Source: Octopus sinensis (taxonomy: Eukaryota). From it: 64,000 bases of DNA. Shown here piece after piece: positions 13,813-26,694 of the stretch. Within the stretch, counting starts at the first letter, position 1. Each line of letters begins with the position of its first letter. The stretch covers positions 14,136,001 to 14,200,000 of the forward strand of contig NC_043015.1 of assembly GCF_006345805.1 (NCBI RefSeq), written 5' to 3'. The notes under the pieces are model-generated. The model ran no database searches and was not told the origin of the DNA. It saw nothing but the letters and a program-made list of their open reading frames with translations. The position numbers were made by a program, and so were the translations under genes.

Positions 13813-14164
13813 ATATGTATTGATTGCTTTCACATTTGTACACCCATACACACATGCACATGCACACACACACACACACACACGTTATATCAGAGACTGA
13901 ATCTGACAAAATACTGTTTCACACGAAAGCACATGTGCTTAACCTTTTCATTCGTTTCTTTGGAGCTTCCTGGGCCACCAACCACTTTTCTCCATTGTTC
14001 TCAACTCTGATCTATCTGTCCTTCTTTCTACGCTTTTCTAGCTCTGCCTTAGTTACCCCACTTGTTATGTTTCCATGAAAAAAAGCCTGCTTTTTTATCT
14101 GGGTAGGGTAGTTGGTCCTACACAAATTCACTTTTATCTCTGGAAAGAGATAGTCCATGTTAAT

Positions 14165-14577
14165 CTCTCTTTACTCTTTTACTTGTTTTAGTCATTTGAC
14201 TGCGGCCATGCTGGAGCACCGCCTTTTTTTTAATCGAGCAACTCGACTCCGGCACTTATTCTTTGTAAGCCTAGTACTTATTCTATCGGTCTCTTTTGCC
14301 GAACCGCTAAGTGATGGGGACATAAACACACCAGTATCGGTTGTCAAGCAATGCTAGGGGGACAAACACAGACACACAAACATACACACGCACACACACA
14401 TATATATATACTTATATGCGACGGGCTTCTTTCAGTTTCCGTCTACCAAATCCACTCACAAGGCTTTGGTCGGCCCGAGGCTATAGCAGAAGACACTTGC
14501 CCAAGGTGCCACACAGTGGGACTGAACCCGGAACCATGTGGTTGGTAAACAAGCTACTTACCACACAGCCACTCCTG
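14165..14577 (-). mobile_element. Octopus-type tRNA-derived SINE, composite copy
   Basis: GTGGTAAGTAGCTTG..CCACATGGTTCCGGGTTCAGTCCCACTG..GGCAAGTGTCTTC..GACGGAAACTGAAAGAAGCCCGTCG on the minus strand, with an internal (CA/TA)n. Recurs throughout the window. Confidence 0.8.
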
Positions 14578-15039
14578 GCAGCTATCTTTCCTTTGTCCAA
14601 CATGGAAGGGTGTATCAAGAGCTTGCACTTCACTGGCAGAGCTCTCAGAGTCATTGGGTCACATAAGTCATCACATTGCAACAAGGACAAGCCCTTGTGG
14701 TGGGCAAAGGCATATCAGGGACTAAATTACCAGAAGAATGACAGCTCTTTATATATACTGAAATGTAGACAGAAGGACAGATATACAAAATGTAGAAAGC
14801 AAGCCATATTAGTAGATGTAAGGTGATCTCACTTGTGCTGATGCCTCAAAAAAAATCACTCTGCTACACTCTGTTAAGTGGTTAGCATTAGAAAGGGCAT
14901 CTAGCTGTAGAAAGCATGTCAAAGCAGACATTAGAACACGATGCAGTCCACCAACTCATTGGATCTGTTAGGCCATCCAACCCATGTCAGCACTGAAGAC
15001 AAGTATTGAATGGTGATGATAATGATGGTGGTGTTGTTA

Positions 15040-15243
15040 GATAGACAGACATATAGGTAGACAGACGTGGATAGAGAGATAGATAGACAATCAGACATAT
15101 AGACAAACAGATAGGTGGATAGATAGACAGAAAGACAGACAGATAGATAGACAGACAGATAGGCAGGCAGACAGACAAATAGATAGATAGATAGACAGAT
15201 AGATAGACAAACAGGCAGATAGACAGACAGGTAGGTAAGTGGA

Positions 15244-15278
<35 letters not shown>

Positions 15279-15385
15279 GTAGGTAGGTAGGTAGGTAAGT
15301 AGATAGATCGATAGACAGACAGGTAGGTAGGTAAGTAGATAGATAGATAGATAGGCAGGCAGATAGATAGACAGACAGACTAATA
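15040..15385. repeat. (GATA/GACA/GGTA)n tetranucleotide microsatellite
   Basis: Direct inspection. Confidence 0.95.
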
Positions 15386-15540
15386 GATTAATAATTTTAT
15401 CAACTCCACAGCTGTGAAAAAATGTTATTGACAGATCCAGTGGGATTTGATCTCAGAATATGATGTGATATAACTAAATGTCCCAAACCATTCTGTCACT
15501 CTGCTGTTTCTTTTTAATTTTTGTTATTTTTTCTTCCCAG

Positions 15541-15552
15541 AAATATTTTCAA
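15541..15552 (+). other. Candidate 12-nt microexon (AAATATTTTCAA); host transcript unknown
   Basis: A pyrimidine-rich tract of about 40 nt ending TTCTTCCCAG, then 12 nt, then GTAAGT and a T-rich downstream intron. Confidence 0.5.
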
Positions 15553-18063
15553 GTAAGTTGTTTTTTGGGTTTTGTTTTTACTTCTTTTTTTTTCACATTT
15601 ATATGATCTTAAATATATTTTCCTCTCTATTCTACATAATTTTTTCTAGTCTAATTATATTTCAGATGATATTTATTTTAGACATTTTTATTGTAATTAT
15701 TAAAAAATATAATGTTTCAATTTATTAGTTACTGAATGTAACTTCCAAAATGCAAATGACAGGCTATTTAAGAGCTGTTGTTTTTAGGTAGTTCTATATC
15801 AATGCTGTTAAAGTGAAAAAGACACTAAGAAGGCAGCCTCTACCCAATCATGAAATAGGTACATGCACACACACACACACACATACATACATATGTGTGT
15901 GTGTGTGTGTGTAATTTGGCATTTGTTCATTATTCTTATTCTCCCCTTCTTGTTATTTAGCTTGTTATTCCACATTTACCTTAAGTTGCTGCTACTGATG
16001 TTGTTGCAACATACTGTACTGGTTGTAGAGACAAGGACATCTTTCACATGAAAATTTGTTATGCCACACACACATACACACCCACACTCATGAAGGAAAA
16101 GTATCATTTTACTGGAATGCTTTAACTGGCAACTGATCTTATATTGATATTTCATATACGTAATGCCATATGCCATGAGGTAAATGAAAAAAAATTTTTT
16201 AATATATATTTTTAATGACAAAATAATTCTCTTTACTTTTTTATTGTGACTTTGATTTAATTTGATTTGATTATAGAGGGCTCAGTTAACTATTTTGGTA
16301 CCAATCTGTCTGAAACTGGCCTTATTTCTAATACAAACTTTCTCATTACGTTCTGAGTTCAAATTCCACCGAGGTCGACTTTGCCTTTCATCCTTTCGGG
16401 GTCGATAAATTAAGTACCATTTACGCACTGGGGGCGATGTAATCGACTATATCCCTTTGTCTGTCCTTGTTTGTCCCCTCTGTGTTTAGCTCCTTGTGGG
16501 TAGTAAAGAAATATATTTTAAAGTGATGTAAATTAAAACCTTCCTCCCAAATTTCATGTTAATTTATGTTCCAAACACCAGCTTAATACTGACAAATTTA
16601 TTTTAATAAGTTTATTATTATTATTTCATAATTAACTGAAACAGAGGCAGTGTAGTTCAGCAGAAATATGGTATCAAAAGGGTTAATTTCTTTGAATTTT
16701 ATTTGTTTAACCATGAGCTGGCAGAATTGTAAGCATGCTGGTTAAAATGCTTACTATCATTTCCCCCATCTGTATGTTCTGAGTTCAAACTCCACTGAGG
16801 TTGACTTTGCCTTTTATCCTTTGTGGGGTTGTCAAAATGAATATCAATTGAAAACTGGGGTTGATATAATTGACTTAACCCCTTACCCAAAATTCCTGAC
16901 CTTGTGTCAAAATTTGAACCCATTACTAGTTTAGCCTTCATTATTTCATGAAGAGGGGAATCAAAATAAAACAAAAGAAAAAAGGACAAAGTTGAAGGAA
17001 AAAAAAAGAAAGCACCATTGCATTACAGTTACAAAGATATTTTATATGTGTATAAAAGTTCATTATTATCTTTTAAAATATTTAATATTTATTGTCTTTA
17101 CTTATTTTTTTATGCTAGCTTTTTGTCTCAAAATACATTTAAATAATAGCATCTTGCAATTATTATGACGAACATAGCATTAAAATTATTGTTCTTTAAC
17201 AAAATATAATTTTATAATTCACATTTATAACAGTTAGCCTTATATCAAACATACTTATAAAAGCATTAAGATATGTAGTGTGTGTCATCTACAGCTTTAC
17301 AATTAATCAGTGTCTGCAGCTTATAATTAGACAGTTTCTACATCTTGTAATTAATAAGTGTCTACTGATCCTGTTTAAGTAGAATTTTCATTGACAGAAA
17401 ACAAACAAAAAAAAAAATTCATATAGGCACAGGTGTGGTTGCATGGTAAAAATCTTGCTTCCCAACCACTCACACGGGTTCACTCGCACAGTGTGGGGTC
17501 TTAGGCAAGGGTCTTCTACTATAGCCTCAAACTGATCAATGCCTTGTAAGTGGATTTTGTAGACAGGAACTGAAAAAAGCCCATCATGTGTGTGTGTATG
17601 TCTGCTTGTCTCTCTCTCACCACCACTTGACAACTGGTGTTGGTGTGTTTACATCCCTATAACTTACCAGTTCAGCCAAAGAAACCAGTAGATTAAGTAT
17701 CAGGTTTAAAAAATAAATAAGCACTGGGATTGATTCATTTGACTAAAATTCTTTGAGGGGATGCTCCAGCATGGCTGCAGTCAAATGACTGAAACAAATA
17801 AAGGATAAAAGATATATATATATATATACAGTAAGTGATATTTTCAAACAAGTTATTTTGTTTTAACTTGTAACAAATATTTTTAATATATCACAAAAGG
17901 ATTCTTATTTTACATATTTCATTTATAAAAATATGACTTGCTAAAGAGAAATTTTGATTTAACATAAAAGGGTTTTCTCTATGGAAGTCACATACTGGCA
18001 TTGCATTTGTTGCAATGCAGATCAAAAATGAGAAACAATATTTTGTAGAACTAATTATTACAG

Positions 18064-18235
18064 TTCTGTTGTGTCTGGGGAGAGTCATTCTCTTTTAGTG
18101 CCTTATTATTTAACACACTCACCGGTAAAATTTCCACTGAAAATAAAAAAATAAGAAATAAGTGGAAATTTTACCGGAGAGTGTGTTAAATAATAAGGCA
18201 CTAAAAGTGAATGACTCTCCCCAGACACAACAGAA
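18064..18235. repeat. Foldback element: 75-bp inverted arms with a 22-nt spacer
   Basis: 18064-18138 pairs with 18161-18235 with about 2 mismatches. Confidence 0.92.
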
Positions 18236-20479
18236 TATGCTTCAACACACGAACTCATATAAAGAATCTTGCAAACCAAATCCCAAAACAAAATAATTAT
18301 TACAGATTTTTGACTAAATATAATTTATGTGAATTCATCGATAAGAAAAGCATCCACTCTACTGTGTTGGATATCTTTTACTTGATTCAGTCATTAGATT
18401 GCGGTCATGCTGGGGTACATCCTTGAAGAATTTTAGTTGCACAAATTGGGCCCAGTCCTTACTTTTTTTTTTTAAAGCCTGGTGCTTATTCCTTTGGTCT
18501 CATTTTCTGAACCACTAAACCACTAAGTTACAAGGACATAAGTACACTAACCTCAGTTGTCAAATAGTGATTGTGATCAAACACACATACACACACACAC
18601 ATACATATATAAATGATAGGTTTATTTCAGTTTTTTGCTTTCTGAATTCACTCACAATGTTTTGGTTGACCCAGGACTATAGTAGAAGACACTTGCCCAA
18701 GGTGTCACATAGTGGGATTGAACTTGGAACTATGTGGTTAGGAAGCAAATTTCTTACTACATAGCCATGCCTGCACACACACACACACACACACACACAA
18801 ACTCACTCACATGAAGTATTTCAATATAAATCTTCACTTTAATCATGCAGTTCCTTGATCTAGTGATTTGACATTGCTTACTGTGATCCAAGTGAACAAA
18901 AACTGAGAGAAGGAAAAGCAGACTTCTAAAAACTTAACCAGAAAAATGGAGCCAAATTGCAGAGAAAACTTGAATGTTCTGAGATAGGTATGATAAATTT
19001 GGACTGACTTGCAATGAAAATGAAGGAAAGCATTATCCTGTTTGATGGCATGAAAGATGCACAGATATGTTAGATGCCTCAAAAGATTTTAGAGCATTAA
19101 AGCATGTGATATAAGTTCAGTTTAACATATAGGACCTGAGGTAATTTTTTGAAACATTTTTTTTAATGTGTGTCTTATATACTATCAAATATGGCATATA
19201 GAATAGTTATGATTGTTATAGGTTCATCATCATCAACATCATCATTTATCATCAGTTTTCCATGCTGGCATAGGCTGGGCAGTTTGACAAAAGCTGGCAA
19301 GCCAAAAAACTGTACCAAGCTCTGTTATCTGTTCTGGCATAGTTTCTAAGACTGGAAGCCCTTCCTTACACAAACCATTCTGCAAATTCTATTAGATGCT
19401 TTTTTTCATGGCACCAGTACCAGTGGGGTCACCGAGTGACTTATAAGACAAAGTCCCCTCAATTGGCAGGGAGTAATATTGAGGGAGGTGGCTTTGTGCA
19501 AGTTGATGAGAGGTTAAAAGAATAATAGAGGGATAGGAATAGGGGTCTTGCTGTAGAAGGGATACCCCATTGGAAAAGAAAGAAGAGAAAGAAGGGGATA
19601 GATGTATGTCAGAACATACCCTCAAGGCACAGTGGGTGGGAGAATATAAGTGAGGAGAGATGGTTAGATGGGACAGAAGTGGCTATATTAATTGATGGGG
19701 ACAAGTATAAGAGTGGCACAGGGTTAGGCTATGTTAGATATGTGAAGACATTGGGAATGATAGGGGATACAAAAGGTGTTAGGGATGGAGTGTAGCAGAG
19801 AGTACAGAGCATGACTGGAGGGAGATAATGAAGAATGGAAGTGGTTCTGGAGTAGGAGAAGAAAGAAGAAGGTGACGAAAGGAAGAGGATGCATTATGTA
19901 ACGAATCTGCTCTCAAGTGATTATGGTAGCTGAATAATACCTCAGAGATAGAGAAGTGATGAGTGTTAGGGAAAAGCTTGACAGGGCAGTGAGAATGGAG
20001 GTGGAGGTAGAGCCACCATACACACATACAAGCATTTACCAAGGTGGTTTTAGGACATTAATGCCATTTTGGTGAACAGGTCTTAAGCACAGCAAGCACC
20101 AGATATCTCGGTCCTTTGTCATCTCCTCCATTTTGTAATATCTTAATAGCTGGTTAAATAGATAACTTTTTATCACTGTTTATTGTATTAAATTTCTGTA
20201 CATATCATCTGTAAAAGTGCAAAATCACAGCAGTGCTCCAGCATGACCACAGCCACATGGCTGAAACAAATAAAAGGCTAAAAGCATATAAAGAATATCT
20301 GTTTGTTTGTCTGCTTTTATAATGTGTCCATTTTACATGGGTTGAATGTGTCAGCATTGTCTGCATCATCTTGCACATTGTAACAGATAGAGAAAGGGAA
20401 AAAAAATTGGCCAAGTTGTCTGTATTTTATCATGCCACCAAAGCTGAGAAGTTGTCCCATTCAATGAAAATAAAAAAGA

Positions 20480-20950
20480 CACCTCTGTAGTATCTAAGTT
20501 TTAGATGTTGCTTTGGTAAGGTTGGTTGTCAGTTATTTTGAATCCAACACTATTAAATATTTGTATCAAGTCTTTTCTGAATCTGTTCTAGTACATGCCC
20601 ATTCAGGAGTTTTGAATTCTGCTTTGCTCTCATCCCTGTATATTCCAAATTTTATAGTCATGAACTTTTTCTGGTGAATTCATTCAGGAAGTACAGTCCT
20701 ATAAAGCCACATATTCTGCACTGTCATATACACCCATGCTATCATCAAAAGTCTCATCAAGGCTTGATTTTTTAAAACCCAGTTGAAGTTCTTATTTAAA
20801 AGTCATCAGTTTCGCATGTAATATAGTTTCTATTTCTTCTACAATTGTGGAAAAGTTACTTGTGAACTTTAAGGCATTTTATGAGTATTTTTTGAGGATG
20901 AAGAGGCAAAAGTCCTCTGTCAAAGTGGGTTAATCTCTATTCCTATATCT
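20480..20950 (-). mobile_element. Penelope-like element reverse transcriptase remnant
   Basis: Minus strand frames give TFDDSMGVYDSAEYV (cf. FDVTMGSYDGAE), FGIYRDE (cf. GLYRDD) and VGFKIT..NLTK, with frameshifts. Confidence 0.72.
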
Positions 20951-21339
20951 ACTGTTACTAAAACAGTTAACTAGAAATTGGGATTCTTTCATTGCAAATA
21001 GATTCTTTTTGTTGCCATTCTTAACCTCATTAATTATGTACCCTCATTGCTCCACATCTGTTACAATATATGCAAATTGGATATTATTATGTTATTATGT
21101 TTGTACTACTAGGATGGGGGTGGGGGTGAGTGTGAATTTGTGAGTATGTGATTTATTGAAAGTTGAGCTGTTTTTGTCTTCTTTGGTCAGCATTTGTGAG
21201 CTCAGACTGTCAGACTATATGCATGAGTCTACTTATATGTATGTATAGTTGCCTGAATATAAACTGACTGGAGAAAGTTCAGAGAACTACTACCTCTAAA
21301 GTCTCTTTCCCAGATAAAAGGCAAATTGTGTGATGCTTG

Positions 21340-21720
21340 TGTATGAACTACAATGCTACATGGTTATGAAACATGGGATCTGGATGCAAAGGGCATGTAA
21401 AATGAAAAAGAAATGAAGTAATCAAGCTCCTCTGGATGTGTAATGTTAGTGTGTATGTACAACAAAATGCAAATGTGTTGAGAGAAAAATTGGGCATAAG
21501 AGGCTTGAAATATAGTGTGCAATTGAGAAAGGTGCACATTGTATGGTTACTTGATGTATATTGAGTACAGCAGCATAAAGAAATGTCAGTTGCTAAAAGT
21601 GGATGGAACTTTTGAAAAACCCAGTAAAACATGGCACAAAATAATTAAGACCAGCCTCATGTTGTTGAGATGGAGATGACAAAGGATAAAGATGAATGAT
21701 GATTCACTGTGCTTGAGAAG
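21340..21720 (+). mobile_element. Decayed RTE-type LINE 3' fragment
   Basis: AMLHGYETWDL...LREKLGIRG, the same family as 760-1085. Confidence 0.6.
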
Positions 21721-21949
21721 ACCTATCCGTCTCAGCCAAATATAAATTCTTAAAAGCATATTGTTAATGTCAGTACCTTTGGAAGATAAGATGGTGAAGA
21801 TGAGGTGTCAGAGTATAAAAGGGTGCATAAAGAGAGAATTGGAACTTCTCTCTCTCTCCCACACACTTTACATCATATCCTTGTTTCTCATCTGTCTACA
21901 GTTCTATTATATTGTTGCTCCTCCACTACCACCACTCTTTTATGTATAC

Positions 21950-22151
21950 TCTTTTACTCTTATCAGTCATCTGACTGCGGCCATGCTGGAGCACCGCCTT
22001 TTAATCGAGCAACTCGACCCCGGGACTTATTCTTTTTGTAAGCCCAGTACTTTACTATCGGTCCCTTTTGCCGAACCGCTAAGTAACGGGGACATAAACA
22101 CACCAGCATCGGTTGTCAAGCAATGCTACGGGGACAAACACAGACACACAA

Positions 22152-22186
<35 letters not shown>

Positions 22187-22350
22187 CATATATACGACGG
22201 GCTTCTTTCAGTTTCCGTCTACCAAATCCACTCACAAGGCTTTGGTTGGCCCGAGGCTATAGTAGAAGACACTTGCCCAAGGTGCCACGCAGTCGGAATG
22301 AACCTGGAACCATGTGGTTGGTAAACAAGCTTCTTACCACTCAGCCACTC
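21950..22350 (-). mobile_element. SINE, same family as 14165-14577
   Basis: Near-colinear with 14165-14577. Further copies at about 3780-3930, 17420-17810, 18370-18775, 23440-23775, 24295-24455, 25745-25950, 29770-30130, 45400-45565 and 56400-56770. Confidence 0.8.
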
Positions 22351-25300
22351 TGCCACATTTTTATTTTCCTTTAGATACAAGCCCAATCTGTACCTGTCTA
22401 GCCTTCCTCTACAACTCATCTTCAAACTACCCATCCCTCCTGCACCCCACCCCCTGCTGTAATTATATGGAGGTAAAACTGTACATATACTATCTCCACT
22501 TTTGTTCTACAAGTTATTTCTTTTCTTGGGACCACTTTCCTTGTCACCCTTCATGCATTCTCAACTCCATCTCTTACCACTTTATTCTCCACAGAGTTAC
22601 CCTTTCTTCCTCTGATCACTCTCTCATATCTATCCTCAACACCTTTTTTGTTACCCACTGTATGCACCCATTTGTCCCTCTGATCTCGACCTCTGTCACT
22701 ATGTATCATCTCTCTCCCCCCACACACTTTACATCATCTCCTTATTTCTCATCTATCTAGTGTTCTGTTATACTGTTGCTCCCCCACCACCACCACCACC
22801 CTTTTACATATTGCCATCTATCACTTCCTTCTTCCTGACCCATTCTTATTTTCCTTTACCTTTGCTTTCAAACTGAGATTCACCATTGACCACACTTCCA
22901 TCCATGTTCACCATCTACTGCATTCACCTGTTTCCATCTTTAACCATCTGTCACTCCCCTTTCACTCTCTCATGAACATACCCATCCAGCCATCCTCAAT
23001 CCTTAGTCCCAATTCTCTCCTTATACTCCTTTTTGTACCCTGACACTGCATCTTCACCATCTTGTCTCCCTTTTCTGACAAGGTCACCCTGTATTTCCTC
23101 TACAGCAAGACATGTTCTTGTCTCTCTCTATCATACTTTAGCCTCTCACCACCTAACACAAAGTCCCCTCCCTCAATGCTGCATCTCTACTCAGGCTAAG
23201 GGTTTTGTTTTGCAAGTTTTTGTGACCTTATCTATAAGTTGGTTGGCATTAGGAAAGGCATCCAGTTGTAGGAACCATGCCAAAGTAGATATCAGAGTCC
23301 AACACAGTCCTCTGGTTCATTGGATGCTGTCAAACTATTCAACCCATGCCAGTGTAGAATACAGACATTAAATGATGATTATGAAATAATTATGTGTGTA
23401 TGTGTGTGTGCATGTTTGTGTGTGTGCGTGTGTGTATAGGTAGGTGTGACTGTGTGGTAAGAAGCTTGCTTCCCAACTACATGGTTCTGGTTTCAGTCCC
23501 ACTGTGTGTCATTCTGGGCAAGTGTCTTCTACTATGGCCTTGGGCCAACCAAAGCCTTCTGAGTGGATTTGGTATATGGAAACTGAAAGAAGCCCATTGT
23601 AAATATATATATGTATATATCTGTGTGCATGTGTCTTTGTGTCTGTAGAAGTCCCCCCAGCACTGTTTGACAACTAGGGTTAGTGTGTTTATACCCTGTG
23701 ACTTAGTAGTTCAGCAAAAGAGACCTTTCATGTTCCAGCATGGCCACAGTCAAATGACTGAAACAAATAAAAGAATATATATATATATATATATGTATGT
23801 AATCAAAATTCTTGATAAACTCATGCTTATCCTTGTCTTTACCTATAATTTATGAGCATAATATGCTTGCATATGTATACCCATGGTTAAACATAGGTAA
23901 TATACCAGTAGTATAGTGGATACTTCTATCCCTTAGATGGTTATTTTAAGCTCTAACTCAGCTATCCTCATATATATATATGAATCTGGTGCAGCCCCTC
24001 AGCTTGCCAGCCCTGGTCAAACCGTCCAACCCATACCTGCATGGACAACGGATGTTAAATGATGATGATGATGTTGATGATGGCAGTAATTATTAAACAC
24101 ACATACTTAAAGCATGTGCTTTACTTATTTGATGGTAGACATGATGTTGATGACTTCATCAAAGCACCAGGTGTTAAAACACCCAAAAGTCATAAACAGG
24201 AAAGACAGCTCACCCCAAATCTCATTCAGCAATGATGGACATCAATGGTTCACCATTTCTGTGGCTTCTCAACATCATATATTTGTATATGTATGAACAC
24301 AGACGTGGATGTGTGATTAGAAGTTTGCTTCCTAGCCACATGGTTTTGGTTTCAGTCCCACAACATGGCACCTTGGGTAAGTGTGTTCTACTATAGCACC
24401 AGGCCAACCAAAGCCTAGTGGACTTGATTGATGGAAACTGAAAGAAGCATGTCATACGTGTGTGTGTGTGTGTATGTTATGTGATATTTCCAAACACGAC
24501 AAATTTCAAGAGTTTAAAAAAATATCCTGTCAGCAATAATATGAGCAATATGTTTTAAGTAAAAAATAATAAATTACGATGTTCTCATTCAACAGATTGG
24601 CCCTCCACCCTGTGCTTTAATTCCTGAATCGTTTAGTGTCGTATATAAATGTATGTATGTGTTTCTGTGGTTTTGTGAAATATGAAACAATTGTGTATAA
24701 TACAATTAGAATAAAACTAACGCTGGTCAGTATAATTTTGTATACTGTACTAATCTAGTAAACTAGCAATAAATAACTAAAACACAGTGCAGTATACAAA
24801 CACCCAGTAAAAGTACATAACAACCAGCAAATATGACAAATTACAGTGCCATAACCAAATGTATACTGGATCTATAAAGTGGATAAATACATGAATAAAA
24901 CTTTCATCAAATAAACACCCTGTTATAAACTAACCTTAATAAAAAAAAATCAATCATAACAACCAAACAACCAAACCATTTCCTGTAACCTTGAATAAAA
25001 TTAGTTAACTTTGACTTTAATAATATTTTAACATTACAAGATCTATTGAGTTCTCTTTGTTTTGTTTGTATTTAAACTTGCAAACGTATGCAGTACTTGT
25101 TGTGTTACAAATCTATCCACCCATCTATTGTCTCAACCCCACTATTCTTATGTGGGTCATAGGGGTAGTGTTTTGAGTAACATCCTCTATGGAGTCCTAT
25201 TGGAAGCCGTCATTAGACTTTCTGGGAGGATTCCCAAGTGTGACCAACTGAAGCTATGGATATTATCCAACTCCTCTTGTTCTTTGTCTGTCCCTTGCTC

Positions 25301-26339
25301 TCCTGCTGGTTGACTTAACTTGAAGAATCCATCTTGCGATTCTTTCCTGTAGCACTCTAATCACACTTGTAATACTGGAGCTGTGATGTCTCAATAAGGA
25401 GAAGTAATGGCTCAACCTGGAGAGAGTCACTGATCTTTGAGCTCTTTACCCTGTCAAATAACATTATTTGACACTTTATGGGAGAGACATACATTTATAA
25501 AACTTATCTCTATCTTAACAGACCATTTTTTGAACCAGCAATTGCCAGGATCACAATCCCTCAAATTTTCTAACACATGCATTAGGAAGAGCATTGGTGT
25601 TAGGAAGGGCATCCAGCTGTAGAAACACTGCCAGATCAGACTGGGCCTGGTACAGCCTTCTGGCTTCCCAGACCCCAGTTGAACCGTCCAACCCATGCTA
25701 GCATGGAAAGCGGACGTTAAATGATGATGATGCAGACACAGACATGACTGTGTGATAAGAAGCTTGCTTCCCAACCACATGGTTCTGACCAGTCCCACTG
25801 TGTTGCACCTTGGGCAAGTGTCTTCTACTATAGCCTCGGGCTGACCAAAGCCTTGTGAGTGGATTTGGTAAACAGAAACTGAAAGAAGCCCATCATACGT
25901 GTGTGTGTCTTTGTGTCTTCGTGTCTGTATTTGTCCTCTACGACTTCTTGACAACCCATTTCAGTCTGCTGAAATGAATTGATAGTTCTGCATATAACAT
26001 CTCAAGTTACATCTTTTTATTTTCTTTGATGAAATTTGTTCATAAATGCAAATTTAATTTACAAATTTGTAATTAAATTATTGAGTATTAATTGAAATAG
26101 CTGTAAGAAGTGAAGATGACCAATCTGTTAATAATAAATAATTGTTAACTTCCTGATCTCCATTTTCTTTCCTTCTTTTAACTGAAGATAAACAATATAT
26201 GTGTAATATATACCTATTATTTTAAGGGAATTTTATTCTCCAATAATACTAGGTATTGAACCAGTATTTCCTTGGATGCAACCATCCCTTCTCAAGGTTA
26301 ACATATCTTCTAATTAAATTTTTATATATATATCTGACA

Positions 26340-26640
26340 CTCCATCAGTTACAACGATGAGGGTTCCAGTTGATCTGATCAATAGAACACCCTACTCATG
26401 AAATTAATGTGCATGTGGTTGAGTACTCCACAGACATGTGCACCCTTAACATAGTTCTCAAGGAGATTCAGTGTGACAAGGCTGGCCTCTTGAAATACAG
26501 GTAGTACTCATTTTTGCCAGCTGAGTGGACTGGAGTAACATGAAATAAAGTGTCTTGCTCAAGGACACAACACATCACCAGGAATTGAACTCATGACCTT
26601 CTGATTATGAGAGCCAAATACCCTAACCACTAAACCACAT
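26340..26640 (-). mobile_element. Third SINE-like family (tRNA-like head)
   Basis: Minus strand TGGTTAGGGTATTTGGCTC..GGTCATGAGTTCAATTCCTGG..CCTTGAGCAAGACAC. Related copies at about 40970-41300 and 30560-30760. Confidence 0.6.
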
Positions 26641-26651
26641 GCCTTCACCTA

Positions 26652-26694
<43 letters not shown>

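Noticed and set aside
10386-13909. ORFs up to 1034 aa on the minus strand
   Set aside because: Translation of the 26-bp satellite: three units give a 26-aa period, and the unit lacks minus-strand stops except at the rare marker variant. No non-repetitive protein context.
14480-14570. tRNA genes in SINE heads
   Set aside because: Only A/B-box-like remnants; no cloverleaf, and they continue into SINE body.
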